DNA of 63,439 bases, filler included, from Octopus bimaculoides (lineage: Eukaryota), in NCBI RefSeq assembly GCF_001194135.2. It is 7 parts of 7 records of this genome, joined end to end, with 100 filler letters (N's around TTAATTAATTAA, not from the genome) between each part and the next. Parts side by side here need not be neighbours in the genome. Positions count along the whole stretch, not along the records: positions 1 to 14,036 come from NC_068992.1; 6 more parts are not named here. The stretch is one strand, 5' to 3'. The notes under the pieces were generated by a model, which saw only the letters and a list, made by a program, of their open reading frames with translations, was not told the DNA's origin and ran no database searches. Positions 1 to 12,305 of the stretch are shown here, one piece after another (the first letter of the stretch is position 1; every line of letters starts with the position of its first letter). The position numbers and the translations under genes are program-made.

Positions 1-49
<49 letters not shown>

Positions 50-417
50 GTATATATATATACGTATATGATGGCTTTAAATACAATTAAGATTCAGTTG
101 AATTCGGTACTTAAATTAAGGCACCAACCCAGTTCTGCACAGCTCCAAGTTAGGTGAACAGAATGGAAATAAGTAACAAGGATGTCCAGGTGTCAATACA
201 TGACAACAGTTTCACGTGGCTCCATTAAATAGATCAATGGAAACATTACATCAATTTGAAAGAAACTGCTCTCCTCAGTTGTAGATGACCATATATAGAT
301 TTCTAACATGAAGGATAAACCGTTTTTTAACAAATTAATATCTTTATTAGGAACCAAAATGATTACATTGTTTCCTTCTGTTATATTTGTAGCAGAATCA
401 GTTTAGAGGAAATGCAT

Positions 418-830
418 ATCTTATTAGGCCTGCAATAATTCAGAGAGTAGCAGAGGAAAGTGGTGGGGAGGGGTTCAAGATATAGGAGTGGTGAGATAAT
501 TATTGTTTGTACTTAGAAAGTTTTTATGCAACATGTCATTTACAATCATTTAGTATTAAATCCATTGGGAGTTGTCAACTGTGGTTTAGTTGATAAATCA
601 ATTAATGTCCGACAACCTCCCAGACCCTTATCTTATTGGACATTAATTGATTTATCGCCATCAGCTTGAACGCAGTTGGCATCTCCCAATGGATTTAATT
701 CCAAATGGTTGTAGACAACATGCTACATAAAACCTTCTAAATATAACTCTCTCACCACTCCAAATCTTGCCCCCACCCCCGCCACTATTTTCCTCTGCCA
801 CTCTCTAAATTATTGTCGGCTTAATAAGAT
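418..830. repeat. Degenerate foldback inverted repeat (~190-bp arms, ~27-nt loop), MITE-like
   Basis: GATAAATCAATTAATGTCC (592-610) is the exact reverse complement of 638-656. AAATCCATTGGGAG (558-571) pairs with 683-696. Outer ends ATCTTATTAGG and CTTAATAAGAT also pair. Confidence 0.85.
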
Positions 831-832
831 CT

Positions 833-1221
833 CCTTTAATTCTTTACTTGTTTCAGTCATTTGACTGTGGCCATGCTGTAGCACTACCTTTAGTCAAGCA
901 ACTCGACCCCAGGACTAATTCTTTGTAAGCTTAGTACTTATTCTATCAGTTTCTTTTGCTGAACTGCTAAGTCATGGGGACGTAAACACACCAGCATCGG
1001 TTGTCAAACAATGTTGGGGGGACAAACACGGACACACAAACATATACACATATACATATATATACGACAAGCTTCTTTCAGTTTCCATCTACCAAATTCA
1101 CTCACAAGGCTTTGGTCGGCCCAAGGCTATAGTAGAAGACACTTGCCCAAGGTGCCATATAGTGTGACTGAACCCATAACCATGTGGTTGGTAGGCAAGC
1201 TACTTACCACACAGCCACTCC

Positions 1222-1226
<5 letters not shown>
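833..1226 (-). mobile_element. tRNA-derived SINE family A, full length, CpG-decayed
   Basis: The reverse strand begins GCACAGGAGTGGCTGTGTGGTAAG with a tRNA-like box A and a degenerate box B, has an internal CA/TA microsatellite, and ends in ...GACTGAAACAAGTAAAG. It aligns with many other copies in the window. Confidence 0.9.
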
Positions 1227-1261
<35 letters not shown>

Positions 1262-1857
1262 AATTCAAAGTGACAGGAAAGGGTTTTCTTATCAGTTCTA
1301 TCATGTTTGAAATGCTGGAAGTGAGGGCTTTATTTGGCAGGGGCAGATGATAGAACTCCTTGGAAATAAGACATACTTTAGTATATTTCTGAAGATCAAG
1401 ATATATCCTTGTAGAAAGAGGGAGGGAAAGAGAAGGTAGGTGGTATCTGTGGGATACATTGTAAAAGAACAGCAGAAGGAATATTATCAAGATTTTTCAC
1501 CTTGCTTTGAAGGCCTCTAGTCACTTTTTGAAGAAATTTGTCCGTGCTTTCACTCTTGGTATGCTTATGTAATGAGTCTCTTGAAGCAGAAAGCAAATGT
1601 GGGAATGTTTGTCCATGAGATTTATGCTGAAGGAATTAAATATTGGTGCTACAGAAAAATGACATTTTAAAATATTAAAACTCCTCAGGAATTAAATTAA
1701 ATAAACTTTAGAGAAAAGTTCAAGGTTACATCGTGTTTAGGATATCAGCATTCAAAATAATTTCTTTCATTTTACAATCTGTGTGTACAAAAACGAAATA
1801 AATGCCTGGATTATTACAGTGGAACCTCATTTAACAAATCTCTTTATACAGATTTAA

Positions 1858-2066
1858 CCCTTTAGCATTCACATTATTCTGCCAAATGTAATGCTTATTT
1901 ATTCACAGGTTTTGGATTAATCATGCATTATCTTGTAGCTTTGAGATTTTGATGAGGTAACTCTTAATTTTTACAATAATATTGTAGGGTTGGTGTGAGA
2001 GGCCAGTTTGAACATAAAACAGGTAGAATATTTTGGCCAGATTCAGCTGGTTTAAATGCTAAAGGG
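1858..2066. mobile_element. piggyBac-type MITE
   Basis: TIRs CCCTTTAGCATT...AATGCTAAAGGG are flanked by TTAA (1854-1857) and TTGA (2067-2070). CCC/GGG ends with a TTAA target are piggyBac hallmarks. No ORF. Confidence 0.8.
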
Positions 2067-2392
2067 TTGAACTATGTCTTGGAACAGTTGTAAAGAATAT
2101 GTTGTCTTATTTCATCTGAATAATATAAATTCATCTCTAGTTAGGAGCTGATAAGGCTTCTGGTGAGCTGGTCATGCATTGTCTTCTAATGCATTTCTCC
2201 ATAAATTTCAAAATCTTTAATTTCGCTTATTCCTGGAAAATTATCTTTACACATAAAAAAGTAGATTACTGTTGTACTTGAGAAATATTTGAATGTCTGG
2301 AATATATTTGGAAAGGAGATGTAACCCTTGGTCAATCATCTTGTATTCTGGACACTCTGAAAGGTTTTGTGTTAGTGCTTATCTTTTTACAG

Positions 2393-2456
2393 AATTGTGA
2401 AATTGGGAAGAGACATTCACTTTTGGGTTGATACGTTCCAAAAGATACCATTTCAG
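2393..2456 (+). CDS. Candidate internal coding exon of unidentified + strand gene (IVKLGRDIHFWVDTFQKIPFQ)
   Basis: Acceptor cttatctttttacag. Only one frame is open. Donor CAG|GTTATG, with an alternative TAT|GTAAGA at 2461. In phase with 4039-4112. Confidence 0.5.
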
Positions 2457-4038
2457 GTTATGTAAGAGAAGGTAGGGTTTGTGTCATGTGTACATGGGTT
2501 ATCCACAAGAAATATATATATGATTGTGTGTGTTTGTATGCGTGTATCTATTGATATAAATGTGTGTGCATGTATGTATATTAATCTACAACTGAATATA
2601 TATAAACTGATCATGTATATAGCAAAATTATTTATGAGAAAATGTTTATATCTGCACAAACATGGATGCTATGCTTTGTTCTTTGCCAATCATAAAATTC
2701 AATGATGCACATACTTAACGAACTTGCAATACATTAAATTTAAATATTTAATTTATGCCAAAATAAACAGTTACACAGCTAAGAATGATGGATATACTTT
2801 CATTTGCAATGAATAAAGCCTTTGTATTAAACAAAGATATTTTATTTAGATATAATGACTTAAGTATCCTACTTTATTTTACCTAAATAATAAAAGCATT
2901 CACTTTGTAGCAATCCTTTTATTTTGCATGGAAATTATTTGACATTGTCAGATGGCCTAAAGATGTTGTAACTATCATCACTTTGAAAACACCTGCACTT
3001 GAGAATGACTAGAGCAACCTGTTATGGTCACCTTGTTGAAGTTTACTTTGGTTCCATAGCTCACATGTAAAACCATTATCAAAATATTGATACTATTGTA
3101 TAATACATAAAGTCGAGTCTTTTCTTAGAATTTTATGGTCCAATTATAATTAAAGTATTATCAGGAGATAACTTATATAAAATGATGAAGAAGAGACGTA
3201 TTTCACACAATCTCCAGACATTCAGATGAAATTGTACACCTGTAGCAATTGATTAAACAACTAATGCAGAGCAAAAATTTTGTAAAACCATCAAAATTTA
3301 TCATTGTTAATTCTGATTCCGTCTAATGTTCTTCTCATAGTAAAGCGAAGTCACTTGGGAGGTTGTTACAATCATTAATTGAATGAGTAGCAAATTTTAT
3401 GAGTATTATTTCATTATTAGACTAATTAAATAATACTGAAATGTGATACTTAAACATTTATTAAAATTGTGATACTATTATAATTTAGCACATCCAGTTC
3501 TCTGATAAATTCATCCTTACCATCATCATCTTCACCATCCTTTAGCTACCAATAATAGTTTGTGGAACACAGATAACTGGACAGACAATTCACAGAAGTG
3601 GGTCGTTTGTATCTGACTTCTCTCGCTGCTTTGTGTCTCACTTTTACTCAAACTAGGATGGAATAGTTTGTTTATGTTAGAAAACTGATGAGAATTGCTT
3701 TGGATTTTCATCTGTGCACAGCACTCCAATGGTCATACTTGAGTTTTGTGGAAGGTTAGCATTTGATTGTGTTGTGTTCTGTCGAAGACCTCACTCGAAT
3801 TTCATATAAGGTTAGCATTTGATTAGGGTTGAACTAAGATGTAATATAGGGTTTTGAGTGCAATTTTGAAAAGGTTACAGAAGTTTAGTAGCCCGAGAAT
3901 GTTTGGGAATCACTGCTCAAGGTTTTATAAAAGAGTCATTTTTTGTTGTATAAAATAATGACAAAGGAAACAGAAGTAGCAACACAATATAAATTGGAAC
4001 CCTTTAAGTGATTTGAGTAGCTACTTGTCTTCCTTCAG

Positions 4039-4112
4039 ACATTTTCTGAAGCCAATATATTGCCAAATGTTGCGTGCTCATATTCCTGGCATCTAGTCAA
4101 ACTAACATTTGT
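4039..4112 (+). CDS. Candidate internal coding exon (TFSEANILPNVACSYSWHLVKLTF)
   Basis: Acceptor cttgtcttccttcag and donor TGT|GTAAGC. Open from phase 0 to phase 2, continuing the 2393-2456 frame. Confidence 0.55.
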
Positions 4113-4464
4113 GTAAGCATTTCTTAAACTTTCTCCTCAGATTCCTCTTCTGTACCATGATTTATATTAGGTTGAAATTAAAGGAAGGTAGCTACTGCTA
4201 CTGCTACTACTACCAACAACATCAACATTATCTTATTACAATACTACAATGGCCAAACCTCGGCACAGTTGCTTGCTGTTATTTAAGGGAAATATAGCAA
4301 CAACAGCTCCTTCGAATCACACCCAACATCTTGAAAAATTGAAGGACGCATTTGTCAGCTTAGACATAAATATATATATAAAGATATGTATATATATATA
4401 TATATGTGTGTGTATGTGTGTGTGTATGTGTGTGTGTGTATTCTTTTGTGAATTCTCCCTATAC

Positions 4465-4549
<85 letters not shown>

Positions 4550-4567
4550 GACTGCATATATTTGTAT

Positions 4568-4884
4568 AAAGGGAAAAGACCCCTTCAGTCAGAATGACCA
4601 TGGCATTATACATAAAATGTTCCCCTCCAAGGCACAAGTTTGGACAAGGTTGTTTTATGGAAGACCAGCAGTTTCCCATGAATACCAGCCTCTCCTCTTC
4701 ACACCACCGATGTTATCCAAGGGAAATATGAAGGCCAATGCAACTTGGCACCAGTGACATCACAACTCATTTCTACAGAAGAATGAACTGGAGCAACATG
4801 AAATAAAGTGTCTTGCTCAAGAACACAACACACTCACAACCTCATGATTGGGAGCCCGATGCTCTAACCACTGAGCCATGTGCT
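4568..4884 (-). mobile_element. SINE family D (C-type tRNA head, distinct tail), CpG-decayed
   Basis: Head ...CATGGCTCAGTGGTTAGAGCATCGGG and the GTGTTCTTGAGCAAGACACTTTATTTCA block are shared with family C. Body matches 27830-28158 and 50073-50368. Confidence 0.85.
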
Positions 4885-6005
4885 TTCTGTTTGTATATAT
4901 ATATCATTATATACATTGGTCAGTGTTGTCCGAAATACATAAAAGACCACTGGACGTCTTTGGCTCCATGTCTCCTTAGTTGTTAAGCAAGGGTTAAATA
5001 ACCGCAACAGTACAAGTTTACCTTAACTAAAGTGGAAACATCTTTAGGAATTTCAACCAGACTGACAAAATATGATATATAAACTCTTTGATTATATAAT
5101 ATACTAAATATAATTACTATAATTAGTAATAAGTAGATTGAATGTGTGTACTAAGTATAGTGTGAGATGCAAATTGATGTTTAAATGTTTTGAAATAATA
5201 CTGATAGATTCAAATTCCTTTTCGTTTGATTGAATATTGCCCAGTTTTTGATGATAATATATATATATATTCTTCTTTTGAAATGATTCATGTTCTAATT
5301 AGATTATGACTATGCTGGTATTTGCAGAATCAAAGAGAACATCCATTAAGATTTTGAAGTTAGTATTCACGTTTGAAGTATGAGGAAATGTACTTGACTG
5401 CTGTTATCTGTAGGAACTAGAAATGAATACACGGCTTGGTCCGCAGCACAGTTTAATGTTAGTTGCAAGGTTATCATAAGTAGAGAACTGAATCTGGGTG
5501 TAATGATTATCAGGTCCACTGGAGATTAACATAACATTATATATCATGCAGGACATAAGATTTCTTAATTAGTCCATCAAAGGAATAGGTTTCACCTATT
5601 CTGGTTGCTAAATCACCACTGAAGATAGAAAAATAATCATTTTATCAAGCTTCTGAAGGCAACAAAAGATAGCACTACTTCCACAAAATATTTCATACTA
5701 TTACTCTGTTGTACAGCACTGATTACCAAGTAGATATTTCTTTGTTTTATTAATTAATCAAAAGTGAAGAGCATGAACTATTTCCCCACTGGAACAAATT
5801 AGTTGGTGTTTGGTTGCAAATTTTACAAGATGCAGTAGAGGGAGGCAATAGCAGTGAACTATAGCTCAGTAGAAGAAGGATTGGAGAAGAATTTGGGAAA
5901 AGTTTGACGTGTATAAATACAATGAGGAGAGGTAGTTGTATTAAACAGACAAGTGTAGAAGGAGTAGATAGTTTACAAGTTCAGAGAGACAGGAACTGCA
6001 ATGGT

Positions 6006-6007
<2 letters not shown>

Positions 6008-6057
<50 letters not shown>
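6008..6057. repeat. (GA)n microsatellite
   Basis: Perfect dinucleotide run. Confidence 0.95.
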
Positions 6058-6062
<5 letters not shown>

Positions 6063-6806
6063 GACACCGAATGTGTGATCCAATGATTGCAGAGTATTTG
6101 TCAGTGAGTCTATGAGCCAAATGACCTTAGTTTCAATGTCCTTTTGGCTGTATGGCAGCAGCAGTAGAAGCATAACTCTAGATTCATTCTTACCTGAGTT
6201 TTGGGGGAAACATTTAGACAGGGTGGCATTGTGTTTTGAAGATATAGTTTAGTGTTTTTGGCTGCAGTTTTGTCAATGTTACAGGTGTTTGGTTGCTACT
6301 AGAGGTCACTGGAGGTTGTATGGCTGTGTGATTGTTATAGATTTGTGAGATTTTACCAACGTAGTGTTTGCACCTGGTCCCTAAACGATACTTTGAGAAT
6401 TATAGCAATAATGCAAGTCAGTCTGTGTATGCAGTCACATACATACACACAAACACAAACACACATAGACACAAATACACATGCACACACATACACACAG
6501 CCAAACAAACACACACACACAGACTTACATATAGTGTGATAAATTTAATGCTGGAAGTGGATGAGAGCTGAATCTTTTACTTGGACAGAACACCAGTCTA
6601 TTAACGATAACATCCCCAAATGATTTCCTATTTCCCATAGCAAGATGAACTGTAATTATACAATCAAATACTGACCATTGGATACCTGCAGCGAATATGA
6701 ACTGAACTGACAGTATAAACTCATATCTATTCAGGCATTTTGCTTCAGTAAATTACCAACTCGCAGTTGATGCTGGTATAAAACTGTATCTCATTTATTG
6801 TTATAG

Positions 6807-6829
6807 AAAAGAATTGCAACCATGTCAAG
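6807..6829 (+). CDS. Candidate 23-nt coding exon (V-KELQPCQ)
   Basis: Acceptor catttattgttatag and donor AAG|GTAGGC. Phase 2 to 1, compatible with the preceding exon. Confidence 0.4.
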
Positions 6830-7197
6830 GTAGGCTGCTACATGGACGCTGAGTAAAATTCGGAGGATTTTGTTTCCTGCAGCTCAGAAGTGTGTAACTG
6901 TCGTATTTTGTGTTCCAGGAATGTACACGTCCTTTATATTAAATAATATATATATGTTTGTGTCTATATACCTGTGTGTGTGTGTGTGTGTGATTTGTGT
7001 GTGTTTATATCCATAAATTAATGCATAAACATCAAAGAATAAATCCAAACTAATTAAGAGCTCAGTTGATAACAGGTCATTAAGCAATTATTACTTTGCA
7101 GTGAATCCAAGTAGGAGTGACTTGCATGTATATACACAATCATCTAAAATGATGTTTAAGGGCTGCATATTAAACAGAAAAGCACAGATTTCACATA

Positions 7198-7810
7198 TAC
7201 GAGGTCTGATCAATAAGTATCCGGACTGTTGCCATAGTAATGAAACTAAAGAATGCAGAGTAAAGTCACCTGGCAAAGATTAATCTTAAACTCTGTTATG
7301 TATGTGCACTAAGTTTTAACTTGCTAGCTCACTTCTGCTATTTACAGCAGTACTTTGAAGGAAGGTGTGTAGTGTGTGATTTGTCGCATTGATCATGACA
7401 GAGAAAGTTGTCATCGCGATACCTGCTCGGAGGCCTATGCAGAGTTGCAGAAAGTGTATGGAGAGGAGTCTATGAGCTGCATACAAGTGGTTCAGATGTT
7501 TCCAAGATGGCTGAAAAGTGTTGATATTGACAACCATTTTGGGAGACCTGCAATCAACAGAATTGAGAAAAACATCACAGATGTATGTGCAGCTGTGAGG
7601 GGAAATTGTTGAATCACCATCCGTGAGATACCAGAGAATGTGCAGATTAGTTACAGTTCAGTTCAGTCTATTATCTCTGAAGATTTGGGTATGAGACACG
7701 TGTCTGCCAAGTTTGAGCCAAAACTGCTTTCAGCTGATCAAAAAGACACTTGGGTCTCAGTTGCACAAGATCTCCTTCATTGTGTCAAGGATGATGAAAA
7801 CGTTTTAGAA
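7198..7810 (+). mobile_element. Mariner (Tc1/mariner) relic: left TIR plus decayed N-terminal transposase
   Basis: TA-CGAGGTCTGATCAATAAGTATCCGGAC resembles a mariner TIR. Broken frames give AYAELQKVYGEESMS...GRP...ITIREI...ISYSSVQSIISEDLGMRHVSAKFEPKLLSADQK, the mariner HTH/linker region. The catalytic DDD domain is absent. Confidence 0.85.
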
Positions 7811-7815
7811 ATTTT

Positions 7816-7923
7816 GTATAGGCCTCTGAGCAGGTACCGGCAAGCTTTTGGCAAAATTTGATGCAGATTCTCTGCTCAACTTACTCTGTCATGGTCAATG
7901 TAACAATCACATGCTACACGCCT
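7816..7923 (-). mobile_element. Inverted second copy of the mariner transposase 5' end
   Basis: The reverse strand reads MTE*VEQRICIKFCQKLAGTCSEAY and is the inverted counterpart of 7363-7441. Confidence 0.8.
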
Positions 7924-8190
7924 AAGCTATGAATAAAATGTTTCAGCCTTTGTTGTAATTCTAGATACAATAGTGAAAGGAAATGGTTGAATGGCAGTTA
8001 AGAATTTCAATTCTTCACTTAGCGGCATTTTGTTAAGCTTTTGAATAATTTACCATACTTTCTTGAAGAATCACTAAGTAGAGCACTTAATGTCAGATAT
8101 AGTTTACGAAAGAATATCAATAACGGTTTTCTACAATCACATAATTTTTTGAAATTTCAAAAATTGAAAAAAAAAAATGTGGTGTGTATA

Positions 8191-8256
<66 letters not shown>

Positions 8257-9410
8257 TTTGTGAGTGTGTGTGCACATATGTAAATTTAATTTTGATTTAA
8301 TAAGTATTGTGAAATAAAAACAGTTGATTGTAAACCAATAGATATTGTTTTTGCAGAAGAATTTTGATGCAGTCAAAGTAATGGTCCAACTTCATTACTA
8401 ATACCACTTAGTCTGATTGCATCAGAAGAAAACCTATAGTTGATGTTAGTAGTTTGACAGAAATCAATATTTAAGGCCAATAAATCAATACAAAGCAAAC
8501 CACTTTTATGTTACATTTTGGCATTGATACAAGGTTTGTCTTAGATTGTCACTAAACAGCAGTTTCTTTAGCCAACTTAATTTAATTTTACAAATCCTCT
8601 TTCAATCAGTTGAAGACTGCTTGACAATTTTTAAACAAAGTTTGCAAAACTGAGCAAAACTTCCTCACATCTTCTGCTAGTGGATGTATTTTTAAGCTTG
8701 ATAAAAAGGAGAAAACAAATTACTTTCTGAAAACAGAATAATTATTTTCTATTTTTTACCTTCGTGAATTAGAAATATTCCAACAAAGAATCGTTTTAAG
8801 CTTTTGTCATTTTAAAACTGTTGCTAAAGAAGTTGGAGAGAAAATATTTGGGAAAGGAAAAAAAAGAAATGTTTGTTTTTAATTTTTTCTCGTTTCAATT
8901 TGATCTGTTCAGAGATTAATTTGGTATTTGCCAACTGGTTGTTGCACCAAAAAGAAATAAGAATAGAAAGCAGAATTCCCCAAATACCTCAAAGGAATTA
9001 GTAGAAAAGAAATTAATGCTTATTCTTGTCTTCAATTTATTTGGTCAAGATTGTTTTTGGCCAATAGAATTCAAGCAAAAGAGTTTTTTTCAAACCTCTA
9101 TCACAAAATTCCAAATATATTTAGTGCTAATTTATCTCCACAAAATAAACTGAATAACTTGAATAAGTTAAAGAACTAGCTTCAGAATGTCTGTTTTACA
9201 TTCTTATTTAAACATATGTTTCTAATAATGCTTGAAGCTATAATAATAATAATAATAATAATAACTGTGTTGTATTACATGAAGATATTTCACTACCTCC
9301 CCTCCTCGAGCTTTCAGTCATACTGTAACATCTCTTATCCTTCACTTGCCCCAGGATGCTGGTTGTGTCTCGGCAAATGACTGTAACAAAGTTGCAGATT
9401 AAAAGTAAAA

Positions 9411-9451
<41 letters not shown>

Positions 9452-9556
9452 CAAAAACATTGTTATAACAATGCAATTACATGATAGATTTTCTTATAAG
9501 ACTTGATTTGCTTAAAAACTGCTTATATCATGATTTTTATCTTCTCTCTTTTGCAG

Positions 9557-9633
9557 GTGAGTTCAATCTGCTCTTTAATTTATCTGCAGTTGTGATAAAA
9601 TTACACCCCTTTCCTTCATGGACTTGCTGGTAA
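9557..9633 (+). CDS. Possible terminal exon (GEFNLLFNLSAVVIKLHPFPSWTCW*) or recursive splice point
   Basis: Very strong acceptor tttttatcttctctcttttgcag. Open in phase 1 to a TAA at 9631-9633, with AATAAA at 9927. The exon itself begins with the donor consensus GTGAGT. Confidence 0.3.
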
Positions 9634-11569
9634 TCTCAACTCTTTTACTCAAACTTCTCAAATAACTTTCTTTCATCGTTATCGATTAAACTGACTGCTA
9701 ACATCTTTGCTTGATTTTTTTTTTTTTTCTACCTCTGTTTCCAATTTTTGTTTTTGTTATATCAGTGACATATCTAGAAATGATCTGTTGTGAATTGTTT
9801 TCATCTGAAATATGTTGCATGTTGTAGATACTAATCGAAACTTTTCAACTGAACAAATATTTAGAGTAGCACGGCCATGTTTCATACTGTTTAACTTCAA
9901 TTATATTCATAAAAACAGCAACAACAAATAAAAGGTTATTTGTCCTTTCTAAAACCTCTGCATTAATCTGTTTTTAAAGAAATATTTTAGTTAATTAATT
10001 GTTTTTAATTTAAGAATATATATATATATATATATATATATTTCGTATGTGTATTTGGTGTGCAAGATTCTTGATGTGGATACGTGTGTTGAAAAAAATG
10101 CAATTAAACCTTGGGAGAGGCATTATGCCGGTAATAAACACACGCACTGGTTCAGTCCTATATTGGCCAAAGAAGCTGGGAAACCAACACTGTGGGTCTT
10201 TATGGAGTAATGTGGACTAACCACACACACACACTATGTGCATAGTCATACACACACTTGTATAGATAAACTGTTTTATGAAAGAAATTTCCATTACAAA
10301 ATGAATCGTTAAATGTTAGTTTATATTTGTATTCCACGTGTAAATATTATGTAAAAGTCAGTTTTACACAGCCTTGTATAATATATAAATATGTGAGCCG
10401 TCCATATGAAAATAGCATACATAAATGAAAGTCTATCTACATATGCTTTTAGTTATTATTCTATAATCTTGCATAGTATTTCCTGTAAACTTTATGCAAT
10501 TGTGTGACTACCTGCATTTATTTTCCCTACAAAACCCTTTTAGAACTGAAAGTCAAGAGTCTCCAGCATTCTTTGTGCAGCTCATCAAAGAGAAATCTAA
10601 ATAAATAAAGTACAAAGTAAGAATTCCCAAGTTCAATATGTGAAGATTTGGCATCTTTGAATGATATATTTGCTTTCACACTCACCATTAAATATTAAAT
10701 TACACAATCAAATAGCAACCTCTTCTTCTGATTCTCAACTTCCTTATTGTTTGGTTCAACATTTATTTATTTATTTTGCTTGTTATTTACCATCTCAGCA
10801 ATCATCTACAACTACTCTAACACACAAAAATAAACAGACGCATGTGTTTACACACAGGCATACATATATACAATAAACAAAATGATGTCTTAAAAGAAGT
10901 TGGTTAATAGAAAGCAAAGTCCTCTTTGAATGCTGTAACATCAGTACATTTCTCAGTTAGAACTAGAACATTCTGTTAGGCTATAATCAGGTTTGGCTGA
11001 GATATAAGAGTTTCTAGATTTTCAATGTAATTCTGTAAAATAAGAGCTGATGGTGCTGGCGGAGTTGGTTTCAACAACATAGAAAGCAAAAAAATGATTT
11101 GCTGCTGTGTGGAGTAGTTCATATTTCAATTTAGTATTGTACAACTTGGAGCAATTGATGCTCCGTACTTGTCTCTGTGTGTTTATTCTCAATTTTGAAA
11201 ATATTCCCCCTTTTGTACAAAGTTATATCATGTAAAACAAATTTATCTGATCCCCTTTGCAACACGATAATTATAGACATGCCTTCGTTATATAAACACA
11301 TGCTGGCATAGACACATGTTCTGATATTAATACTCTTCAACTTTCTCATTCTACACTAAAGTAAATCTCACAAACATCAATCATGCACACACACACACAC
11401 ACACATACATACAAATGCACAAACACACACTCAGAATTAAAACATCTGGTCATGTAATAAGAAAACAATAAGTTTAATAAACCTACTCTTCTTGTAACAT
11501 AGAAATAATTTCTTTTACATTTCAACCACCCACTTAGAATTTCTCTTCATTAAAATATGCATGTGTCTG

Positions 11570-11585
11570 TGTATGTATATGTATG

Positions 11586-11652
<67 letters not shown>

Positions 11653-12027
11653 NNNNNNNNNNNNNNNNNNNNNNNNNNNNNNNNNNNNNNNNNNNNNNNN
11701 NNNNNNNNNNNNNNNNNNNNNNNNNNNNNNNNNNNNNNNNNNNNNNNNNNNNNNNNNNNNNNNNNNNNNNNNNNNNNNNNNNNNNNNNNNNNNNNNNNNN
11801 NNNNNNNNNNNNNNNNNNNNNNNNNNNNNNNNNNNNNNNNNNNNNNNNNNNNNNNNNNNNNNNNNNNNNNNNNNNNNNNNNNNNNNNNNNNNNNNNNNNN
11901 NNNNNNNNNNNNNNNNNNNNNNNNNNNNNNNNNNNNNNNNNNNNNNNNNNNNNNNNNNNTATATATGTATATATGTATGTATATATGTATATATGTATGT
12001 ATATATGTATATATATATGTATGTATG

Positions 12028-12065
<38 letters not shown>

Positions 12066-12305
12066 TATATATATATATCTGTATATATATATGTATGTAT
12101 GCATGTGTATATATGTATGTATATATATATATCTGTATATATATATGTATGTATGCATGTGTATATATATATGTATATATGTATGTATATATATATATGT
12201 ATGTATGTATGCATGTGTGTATATATATATGTATGTATATATATATATGTATGTATGTATGCATGTGTATATATATATATATATGTATATATATGTATGT
12301 ATGTA
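11570..12305. repeat. (TA)n/(TATG)n compound microsatellite with assembly gap
   Basis: Simple repeats flanking an N run. All long ORFs here are repeat artefacts. Confidence 0.95.

Noticed and set aside
1290-1600. Minus-strand ORFs faintly like LINE ORF2 post-RT region
   Set aside because: No diagnostic motif; the similarity is too vague.
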